Assembly (NCBI GenBank): GCA_029856045.1
Contig: JAHQWG010000054.1
Span: 1-13,358 of the forward strand
Length of the DNA stretch: 13,358 bases
Direction of reading: 5' to 3'
Origin: Promethearchaeia archaeon
GTDB taxonomy: Archaea; Asgardarchaeota; Lokiarchaeia; Sigyniarchaeales; SOKP01
Under the pieces are notes generated by a model. It was not told the DNA's origin. It saw nothing but the letters and a program-made list of their open reading frames with translations, and made no database searches. A program made the translations under genes and the position numbers. Shown in pieces: positions 1-7,437 of this stretch. Positions within the stretch are counted from its first letter, which is position 1; the number at the start of each line of letters is the position of its first letter.

Positions 1-1005
1 GTAGGAAAAAGTTCTATTAGCAGTGCCACTGCGGTTAAAGTATCTGATCTATTGCCAAATAAAAAGATTCTTTTGATCTCCTTTGATATTGCTCATAATT
101 TGACTGATTTATTTGGAGTTAAGATAGGGAACAATATAACTCCCATAAAAGATAATCTATGGGCAATCGAACCAGATCCTCATATTTATGCTGAAAAATA
201 TACAAGGCAATTTGCTGAAAAGTCTAGAAAATTAATGAAAATGACTCCTATTGTGAATTTAATTCCAAAATTGGAAGAATACATTGATAATACCTTTAAT
301 GCAGATTCAATTCCGGTCGCCTTAAAAAATGCAATTTTCTTCCAACAAATTTTAGATGCAGAAGATACTTCTGAAAACCTTCAATTTGATATAATAATCT
401 GTGATTTTCCACCAACGGCTAATATGGTAGCTCTCTTTGAAATTCCCGAAGACCATGTTAAGGGTATTATGAAATATAGCTTACGTATCATATCAGAAAT
501 TCGAAAGGCTATGCAAAAATTTACTAAAGCTGCAAAATTTTTATTTCCATTTGGGAAAAGTTCCACTGAAGAAAGAAAGGGACTTGCTGAAGAACTTTTG
601 GAAATGTTAAACGAAATTGAGGAAAGAGGGGAGAGAATTGCCGATCTGATTAAAAATTATGGCTCCTTAAGATTGGTTTCTATCGCCGAAAAACCAAGTT
701 ATGAAGAAATTAAAAGAGCATATGAACTAACTCAGAAATATATTAACACCGACGGGATTCATATAAATATGTTGATTCCAGAAGATGCAGCAGATCATTG
801 CAATTTTTGTAGAACTAAACGTCAAACACAGCAGAGATATATTAAACAAATTGAACAAGAATTTAGAAATTTAAAAATTTGGAAATCAAATTCGTTAAGA
901 ATTGAACCAATCGGAATAGATGGATTAAGAACCTTAGCCGATGAGATCTATTCTTCTATAGACGATGTAAATGATATACTAAATCCCTTAAAGAAAGAGA
1001 AATAA
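1..1005 (+). CDS. ArsA/Get3(TRC40)-family SIMIBI ATPase, 5'-truncated by the window edge
   Basis: Frame 1 is open from base 1 (VGKSSISSATAV, the end of the deviant Walker A GKGGVGKS/T), so the ORF-track start at 52 is not the real start. Switch I-like SFDIAHNL (family STDPAHNL), switch II-like DFPPTAN (family DTAPTGH), and C-terminal CNFC..K...Q..YI resembling the Get3 CxxC region. Confidence 0.88.
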   Translation, partial: VGKSSISSATAVKVSDLLPNKKILLISFDIAHNLTDLFGVKIGNNITPIKDNLWAIEPDPHIYAEKYTRQFAEKSRKLMKMTPIVNLIPKLEEYIDNTFNADSIPVALKNAIFFQQILDAEDTSENLQFDIIICDFPPTANMVALFEIPEDHVKGIMKYSLRIISEIRKAMQKFTKAAKFLFPFGKSSTEERKGLAEELLEMLNEIEERGERIADLIKNYGSLRLVSIAEKPSYEEIKRAYELTQKYINTDGIHINMLIPEDAADHCNFCRTKRQTQQRYIKQIEQEFRNLKIWKSNSLRIEPIGIDGLRTLADEIYSSIDDVNDILNPLKKEK

Positions 1006-1173
1006 AATTAATTTACTAGGCTTAAAACTTTTTATTGAACATAAATAGATATAATTGAATTTTTCGTAGAAGAAACCTTTAAAATTAAAATTCGATTGAA
1101 TATTTTGAATTATATCATAGATTAAATTATATTTTCTTTTAAAAACTTGAAAAGTATAGTAAATGATTTAATT

Positions 1174-1180
1174 AGGGAGA
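1174..1180 (+). promoter_or_regulatory. Shine-Dalgarno-like site for the M28 peptidase gene
   Basis: AGGGAGA ends 4 nt before ATG 1185. Confidence 0.5.
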
Positions 1181-1184
1181 TAAA

Positions 1185-2444
1185 ATGATCGAAAAGAAAT
1201 TAAATGATTACATGCATGGATTCATTGTAGATATTTGTAATAAAATCGGACCACGGGAGGCTGGTACGAAACAAGAAGAGCTTGCAGGCAATAAAATTGA
1301 AGAGGAGTTGAAAAAATTTTGTGATGAAACTCATCAAGAAGAGTTTATCTGTAGTCCAACAGCCTTTTTGGGTTTTGTCAGATATGGAGCTTTAATGGCA
1401 TTAATTTCAGTCATCTTATATTGGCTCTCTCTTTTAGTTGACCTTGGATGGCTACAAATAGATAATATCTTTAGTTTAATTTTCATAGTTATTGCAGTAA
1501 TATTACTTGGAATTACGGTTCCATACTTTATATTCGAAATAATAAGGTACTTTGAATTTTACGATTTCATGTTCCCCAAAAAAAAATCGAAAAATGTCAT
1601 TGGAACGATAAACCCAACAGATAAAGTTAAAAATACAATAATCTTTTCTGGACATCATGATTCTGCTTATGAATTTAATCTATTCTATTATTTGAAAAGA
1701 ATAGGTCAAATGATGATCAATATCGGATTACTTGAAGTGTTTACGCTCTTTTTTTTAGTTGTCTTGAAGCTGATTTTTTATTTCTTGCCAATAGATATAA
1801 CGATGATCTTTCTTGGGTTCGGCATAGCCTTTTTGACTCTATTACCCGTTGCATTTCTTTTTATGTTTTTTCATACCTATAATCCAGTCTTGGGAGCATT
1901 TGATAATTTATCAGGAGTAGTGATTTTACTGGGGATTGGTAAATACTTATATGAAAATAAAAATAATGAGAAATTTTTTCCAAAACACACCAAGATCCAT
2001 TTAGTATCTTTTGCTGCAGAAGAAGCGGGACTTAGAGGCTCAAAACGTTATGTAAAAGCACATTATGATGAATTGAAAGAAAATGGTACAATAATTGTCA
2101 ATATGGATGGAATTGCTAAAACCGAAAAATTATTGATAATTAGTAAAGAACCATTTATTGGTGCTAAATATAACCCAGAAATTTATAACCCGATATTAAA
2201 AATAGCGAGCGATTTAAAATTAAATATTAAAACTGGTCCTCTCTCTTTTGGTGCAACTGATGGAGCTGCTTTTGTTCGTAAAGGGTTACCTGCTGTGACA
2301 ATATCTGGACTTGATCTTAAAGAGGAACTCCCACCCTTTTATCATACCAGAGAAGATAAGCCAGAAGTTGTTGATAAAGAATCTTTGGGGCAAGTACTAG
2401 AGATCTGCTTAAATTATATAAAATTGATAGATTCATCTAATTAA
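1185..2444 (+). CDS. Membrane-embedded M28-family zinc metallopeptidase
   Basis: Motifs GPREAGT, GHHDS, GAFDNLSG, AAEEAGLRGS, NMD, GATD and YHT. Two pairs of hydrophobic helices are inserted (about aa 60-120 and 175-230). Confidence 0.88.
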   Translation: MIEKKLNDYMHGFIVDICNKIGPREAGTKQEELAGNKIEEELKKFCDETHQEEFICSPTAFLGFVRYGALMALISVILYWLSLLVDLGWLQIDNIFSLIFIVIAVILLGITVPYFIFEIIRYFEFYDFMFPKKKSKNVIGTINPTDKVKNTIIFSGHHDSAYEFNLFYYLKRIGQMMINIGLLEVFTLFFLVVLKLIFYFLPIDITMIFLGFGIAFLTLLPVAFLFMFFHTYNPVLGAFDNLSGVVILLGIGKYLYENKNNEKFFPKHTKIHLVSFAAEEAGLRGSKRYVKAHYDELKENGTIIVNMDGIAKTEKLLIISKEPFIGAKYNPEIYNPILKIASDLKLNIKTGPLSFGATDGAAFVRKGLPAVTISGLDLKEELPPFYHTREDKPEVVDKESLGQVLEICLNYIKLIDSSN

Positions 2445-2463
2445 TTTCTAACTTTTTTTCCTT
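2445..2463 (+). terminator. Oligo-T archaeal terminator candidate after the M28 gene
   Basis: TTTCTAACTTTTTTTCCTT directly after the stop codon, in a convergent intergenic region. Confidence 0.4.
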
Positions 2464-2581
2464 ATTGCCGGAACTTGTAAATCTGATTAGTAGATTATTT
2501 GAAGATAAGTATAATTAGCTCAATTTTTTCTAAAATACCTGGAGAATCTTCAAATTACTAAAGTGATAATCTTTGAATAAT

Positions 2582-2609
2582 AAAAAAAAGATAAAAAAAT
2601 TAAAAAAAA
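2582..2609 (-). terminator. Oligo-T archaeal terminator candidate after ahcY
   Basis: Three A7-A8 runs on + (T runs on -) directly downstream of the ahcY stop. Confidence 0.5.
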
Positions 2610-3878
2610 TTAGGTTCCTTCGGTATAACCGTGGATATAGTTGTATTGTTCTTCTGTCAATGTATCAATTTCAATACCAATAGACTTAAGTTTTAGGAAA
2701 CCTATCTTATCATCTATTTCTTCTGGCACTGGTATCATACCTGGCTTAAATTTATCCTTATTTTTCACAATATATTCAGACATTAAAGACTGTAGGGCAA
2801 ACGACATATCCATAACCTCACTGGGATGACCTTCAGACAGTACTAAGTTTGCTAATCTTCCTTTTGCAAGGAGATATATTCTATTACCATTAGGGAAAAT
2901 AAGTTCTTCGACATCTTTTCTTATTGGTTTTATTTCTTTGGCATATTCATACAATTCTTTGGTAGGAATTTCAATATCAAAATGCCCAAGATTCCCAAGA
3001 ATAACTCCATCCTTTAGGAGTTCAAACATTTCCTTGGTTGGTGCAATAACATGTTTACAACCTGTTGCCGTAAGGATTATATCTGCACCAGGTATTGCTT
3101 TTTTGATAGGCATGACTTGATATCCTGCAAACCTTGCTTGGAGAGCTTTTATTGGATCAACTTCAGTTACGATAACATTAGCACCCAAACCTCTTGCTCT
3201 AAGTGCCATTCCAGAGCTGCAATGACCATACCCACAAATAACACAAATCTTGCCAGCAAACAGTACATGCATTCCATAAATTGCTGAAACTACGCCTTGT
3301 CCAGTTCCTAATTCGTTATCAAACTGATTTTTGCATCTTGCATCATTTACAGGAAAAAGTGGAACATTTAACACTCCTTGTTTTTCCATAGCTTTAAATC
3401 GCTTTACTCCGGTTGTAGTTTCTTCTTGACATCCCCAAAAATTTCCTGCTTTAAGTAAATTGGGATAATCTTGGTGTGCAGTTACAATAAGATCTCCTCC
3501 ATCATCAATAAGAATATTTGGTTTTAAATCTAGACATTGTCTTATACACCAATAGAATTCTTCATCAGTATTTCCATGCCATGCGAAAACATTAACCCCC
3601 TCTTCTGCTAAGGCTGCAGCAACATTATCTTGTGTAGATAGTGGGTTTGATCCACATAACGCTACTTCTGCCCCTCCAGCCATTAAAGTTCGAGCTAAAA
3701 TTCCCGTCTCCTTCGTTATATGAAGGCAACCAGCAATTGTAACTCCCTTAAGCGGTTTTTCTTTTTCGAAACGTTCTCTTATTACTTTAGCTACTACTGG
3801 CATTTTCCGTTCGGCAGTATATAATGCTTCTTTCCCTTTTTCCGCTAAACTCTCATCTGCAACTTTATATTTTACCAT
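2610..3878 (-). CDS. ahcY: S-adenosylhomocysteine hydrolase (adenosylhomocysteinase), archaeal type
   Basis: Motifs GCLHITKET, SNPLSTQD, DDGGDL, EETTTG, VND..CK..FDN..GTGQ, TEVDPIKAL, GHFDIEI, GRL.NL and GHPSEVMDMSF. Confidence 0.97.
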   Translation of the reverse strand: MVKYKVADESLAEKGKEALYTAERKMPVVAKVIRERFEKEKPLKGVTIAGCLHITKETGILARTLMAGGAEVALCGSNPLSTQDNVAAALAEEGVNVFAWHGNTDEEFYWCIRQCLDLKPNILIDDGGDLIVTAHQDYPNLLKAGNFWGCQEETTTGVKRFKAMEKQGVLNVPLFPVNDARCKNQFDNELGTGQGVVSAIYGMHVLFAGKICVICGYGHCSSGMALRARGLGANVIVTEVDPIKALQARFAGYQVMPIKKAIPGADIILTATGCKHVIAPTKEMFELLKDGVILGNLGHFDIEIPTKELYEYAKEIKPIRKDVEELIFPNGNRIYLLAKGRLANLVLSEGHPSEVMDMSFALQSLMSEYIVKNKDKFKPGMIPVPEEIDDKIGFLKLKSIGIEIDTLTEEQYNYIHGYTEGT

Positions 3879-3910
3879 AATTTAAACACTTTCTTATTTT
3901 GAAATTTTTT

Positions 3911-3925
3911 TTATTAGTCTAATAA
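3911..3925. promoter_or_regulatory. Inverted repeat; candidate operator in the ahcY/Lrp divergent promoter
   Basis: TTATTAG-T-CTAATAA, a perfect 7-1-7 inverted repeat between the TATA-like element and the ahcY start. Confidence 0.45.
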
Positions 3926-3935
3926 TTTAATGATA

Positions 3936-3947
3936 ATATTTAAATAT
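3936..3947. promoter_or_regulatory. Palindromic TATA-like element, possibly bidirectional
   Basis: ATATTTAAATAT reads TTTAAATA on both strands and lies about 60 bp from both divergent start codons (3878 and 4009). Confidence 0.4.
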
Positions 3948-4008
3948 AATTTTAGAAAAATCATACATAATAGGAGATATATTTACACAATTAATTAATT
4001 GAATTAGT

Positions 4009-4965
4009 ATGGAAAATATTAAAATTCAAATTAAACATATTAAATTATTAAAAAAGTTAAATTCTAAGAAAAAACCAATAATATCAAAGATTTCCAAAGA
4101 TTTAAAACTAGCTAGAAAAACAATTATAAATAATTTCAATAATTTAAAGTTAAATAATATAATTAATAATTTTACAATCAACATTAATCCCCATATACAA
4201 CCAAACTTAAAATACGTTATCGTAGAGATCAAGACAAATCCAAATGAACCACAAATTTTGGATGAACTATTAAAAATTCCTCAATTAAAAATGTTAGATG
4301 GCATTTTAGGAGAATTTTCACTAATTGGACTTTTTATTTTTAAAAATACAGGTGAATTCAACCTGGTGTTGGATTTATTAGATAAATTGCTAGCAAATTC
4401 GAGTTTTAAAAAATATCAGATCGTAGATACTATAAAAGTATTTAAAACAAATGGTATTAAATTGTCTGAAGTCAATTTAAATCAAAGTTATAAAGTAGAT
4501 GAAATTGATTATTTAATCTTGAAAGTACTTCAACAAGATCAAGGCTTAAAATTAATTTCTACTTATGAGATTACTAAAATCTTAAAAAAAAAATATAATA
4601 AAGAAGTATCTCAATCAACTATATACCATAGGATAAAAAAACTTGAAGATTATGGCTTAATTCTTAATTATGCGATTAATTTTGACCCTAAAAAAATAGG
4701 ATATAATGGGAAATTTATCGTAAGAATTAAACCAAAAGATTCTTCAAAATATAATGAAATCGCATTGAAATTAGAAAAAAAAGAAGAAATAACTGACTTA
4801 TTTAGGATTGGAGAGCAATATGGATTATTTACTGTAATTAGAGTCAAAGAAATTGAATATTTCGGAAACTTTATAAAAGAACTATATGATTCTGAAGAAA
4901 TTGAAGATACATTTACAACTTTTGTATTGAATGAGCATATTCCCTATAGTAATTTTATAATTTAA
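4009..4965 (+). CDS. Tandem (two-module) Lrp/AsnC-family transcriptional regulator
   Basis: Two wHTH + RAM modules: ISKISKDLKLARKTI...IINNFTININP...ILGEFSLI, and DEIDYLILKVL...VSQSTIYHRIKKLEDYGLILNYAINFDPKKIG...LFRIGEQYGL. Confidence 0.88.
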   Translation: MENIKIQIKHIKLLKKLNSKKKPIISKISKDLKLARKTIINNFNNLKLNNIINNFTININPHIQPNLKYVIVEIKTNPNEPQILDELLKIPQLKMLDGILGEFSLIGLFIFKNTGEFNLVLDLLDKLLANSSFKKYQIVDTIKVFKTNGIKLSEVNLNQSYKVDEIDYLILKVLQQDQGLKLISTYEITKILKKKYNKEVSQSTIYHRIKKLEDYGLILNYAINFDPKKIGYNGKFIVRIKPKDSSKYNEIALKLEKKEEITDLFRIGEQYGLFTVIRVKEIEYFGNFIKELYDSEEIEDTFTTFVLNEHIPYSNFII

Positions 4966-5032
4966 CTAAATTCTTTATTATAACAAATTTTGTAAATGAT
5001 TTATTTGAAAGGAAAATAATTAATAACATAGA

Positions 5033-5213
5033 ATGCGTCGTAAAAAAGTGAAAAAGAGAAGGAAAAAAAAATAGAGGGATTGAAGTAATAACTGAACCTG
5101 GTGTTGGCTCATTATTTGTGAGAAGTCCATGGATGAAAAAGTTAGATGAATTAGATAAAGGTAAAAATAAACAATTTAAAAAATACGATAAATTAAAAAA
5201 AAAAATAATTTAA
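5033..5213 (+). pseudogene. Small basic ORF split by a frameshift in an A9 run (59 aa if repaired)
   Basis: ATG 5033 gives MRRKKVKKRRKKK then TAG at 5072. Removing one A from A9 (5063-5071) continues as NRGIEVITEPGVGSLFVRSPWMKKLDELDKGKNKQFKKYDKLKKKII to TAA 5211-5213. Confidence 0.45.
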
Positions 5214-5315
5214 TCCAATACGTTTTCGGAATAAAAATTCCATAGAAAATCTCGCTGTAATATATTCATAGAAGTAACAAATATCTTTTTAAACATCATT
5301 ATCATTTTTTTATTC

Positions 5316-7364
5316 ATGTCTTCTAACAAAAAATCTTTTAGCCATATCTATTCAGAATTAGCTTTAGTTTCAATCATATTCTTATTTTTCTTGCAATTAT
5401 GTTCAGATTTCCTTGAGGCAATATATGCTCTAAACTTAATCGAAGTCGAAATAAATGAAAATGTCTTAGCACTCTTGTTTTTCTTATCACCAGCGGTGCT
5501 TTTTCTTTTTAGAAAAGGCTTCCCGGATAAATTAATGGTAATAATTGGAGAAATTATGATCGTTTGCAGAGTTGTAGAAGTAATGCTTGAAGTTCAATTT
5601 AAAATGATAATCTCAGGACTTGGTGTTGGGTGTTTTCTGATTTTTTTTCCAGTATTTCTTCAGAAAAAAGATATACGTAATCAGGAGAACGATAGCAAGA
5701 CATTAGGACTGGGACTCGGTTTTGCCATTGCATCTTCAATTTTATTTAGAATTCTAGGTACAGGACTTGATATTTCTACCTATAGTTGGTTTCAATGTAT
5801 AGGTTGGCTTCTGGCTATTATATCTGCAATTATGATAATTAATCTGCTATATAAAGGGCGGGATATAAAAATTGAAGAGACTATAATAAATGAAAAACCT
5901 TCTAGTACATGGAAAGTTTTAGGCTTAACTCTTGGGTTAATAAGCATTTTTGTATTGATTTATTTTTCTTTCTCCAGTCCTACAGTAATTAGCAGATGGA
6001 CAGAATTCGATTATGTTGCAATTTTAATTATACTGATAATTATGATTGCTCTATTTACTATATTGACATTGTTTAAACCAGAGTTGTTTGTTAAAATAAA
6101 ACTGTGGACTATTTTACTTTGGAACGGTTTATTCGCTTTGACGCTGGTTTTAACAGTATATGGTCATCAAATATCTTTTCCTCCTGTTGAAGGTGCCTAT
6201 CCAGTTGTGGTCGATCCAACTAATATAATACAGCAAATACCAGTAATCCTAATGTTAATTTTTTCACCAATAATTTTAATTGATTTCATGCTATTATCAC
6301 GAGAGTTGATCAAAAGCAGACCATCCACATGGAAAATTGGCGGAAGTTTTATTATAGCGTCAGGATATTTCATAATAATGATTTTATCAGCTGTATTTAC
6401 AATAGTGTCGGATTACGTCCCTCTAGTTGGTCCATTTTTTAGAGATATGATTTGGATTGTATTTCTAATAATTGGAATTATTATCGTTTTACCGGTCCTT
6501 CTCATAAAGAAATCCTCGTTGATTTTCAAAAAAGCAATAAATGGCATGAAGCCCAAAATAACTATTACAGTAATATTAGGAATTATTAGTATAGGTACGA
6601 TTGTTAGCGCAATCATAACTGAACCATATTCAATTGAAGAAGAAACGCCAGGAAATTCCATAAAAGTATTATCTTATAATATTCAGCAAGGTATTAATGA
6701 GCAAGCTAATAAGGATTTTTATAGTCAGTCTGAGGTAATAATACAAGCAGATCCCGATATTATAGGCTTAGAAGAATCAGATACGTGTAGGATTTCAAGT
6801 GGAAATTCGGATATAGTAAGATTCATGAATGGTAAATTAAAAATGAATTCATATTTTGGACCGAAAACTGTTACAGGAACTTTTGGATTGGCATTGCTCT
6901 CGAAATATCCGATCGAAAACCCTATGACATTTTATATGTATAGCGAAGGATGTGAGCAAACTGCGACAATACAAGCAGAAATAACAGTCGGAACAACTAC
7001 CTATAATATATTTATAACCCATCTTGGAGATTATGTTAATACTTCAGTTAGTCGAGCTCAAATAATTCAGCAAGAAAATATTCTAAGCAGAATAGGAGGA
7101 AAAAGTAATGTGATATTAATGGGGGATTTCAACTTCATTCCGAATACCGAACAATACAATATTACTACTGCCGTTTTAAATGACTGCTGGGAAGTTGCAG
7201 ATAATCAAATCCTGGGAACTGTCCCAACATCCTGGATCCCTCGGTTGCCAGCAGAGAGAATAGACCAGATGTTCGTATCTCCCGGAATAATTGTATCCTC
7301 ATGCCAATATTTTGGAGGAACTGCCTCAGATCACCCTGCAGTTATGGTGGAAATCCAACTCTAA
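5316..7364 (+). CDS. Polytopic membrane protein with C-terminal endonuclease/exonuclease/phosphatase (EEP) domain, CWH43/PGAP2IP-like
   Basis: About 435 aa with many hydrophobic helices, then EEP motifs VLSYNI, DIIGLEE, GLALLSKYPI, THL, ILMGDFN, RIDQMF and SDHPAV. Confidence 0.85.
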   Translation: MSSNKKSFSHIYSELALVSIIFLFFLQLCSDFLEAIYALNLIEVEINENVLALLFFLSPAVLFLFRKGFPDKLMVIIGEIMIVCRVVEVMLEVQFKMIISGLGVGCFLIFFPVFLQKKDIRNQENDSKTLGLGLGFAIASSILFRILGTGLDISTYSWFQCIGWLLAIISAIMIINLLYKGRDIKIEETIINEKPSSTWKVLGLTLGLISIFVLIYFSFSSPTVISRWTEFDYVAILIILIIMIALFTILTLFKPELFVKIKLWTILLWNGLFALTLVLTVYGHQISFPPVEGAYPVVVDPTNIIQQIPVILMLIFSPIILIDFMLLSRELIKSRPSTWKIGGSFIIASGYFIIMILSAVFTIVSDYVPLVGPFFRDMIWIVFLIIGIIIVLPVLLIKKSSLIFKKAINGMKPKITITVILGIISIGTIVSAIITEPYSIEEETPGNSIKVLSYNIQQGINEQANKDFYSQSEVIIQADPDIIGLEESDTCRISSGNSDIVRFMNGKLKMNSYFGPKTVTGTFGLALLSKYPIENPMTFYMYSEGCEQTATIQAEITVGTTTYNIFITHLGDYVNTSVSRAQIIQQENILSRIGGKSNVILMGDFNFIPNTEQYNITTAVLNDCWEVADNQILGTVPTSWIPRLPAERIDQMFVSPGIIVSSCQYFGGTASDHPAVMVEIQL

Positions 7365-7437
7365 AAACTAGCTATTAATTCGATCTAAATTTAAATCATA
7401 AAATTTATTTTTTTTCCTTATATCATTCTTTAATAAG

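Noticed and set aside
1120-1133. GATTAAATTATATT, a 12/14 match to box B, 65 nt upstream of the M28 ATG
   Set aside because: Low complexity with no accompanying box A, so it cannot be distinguished from chance without a genome-wide scan.
5033-5074. MRRKKVKKRRKKK as ribosomal protein eL41, or as an amber read-through gene
   Set aside because: Only 13 aa and lacks the KW motif of eL41. Reading through TAG adds just two codons before TGA.
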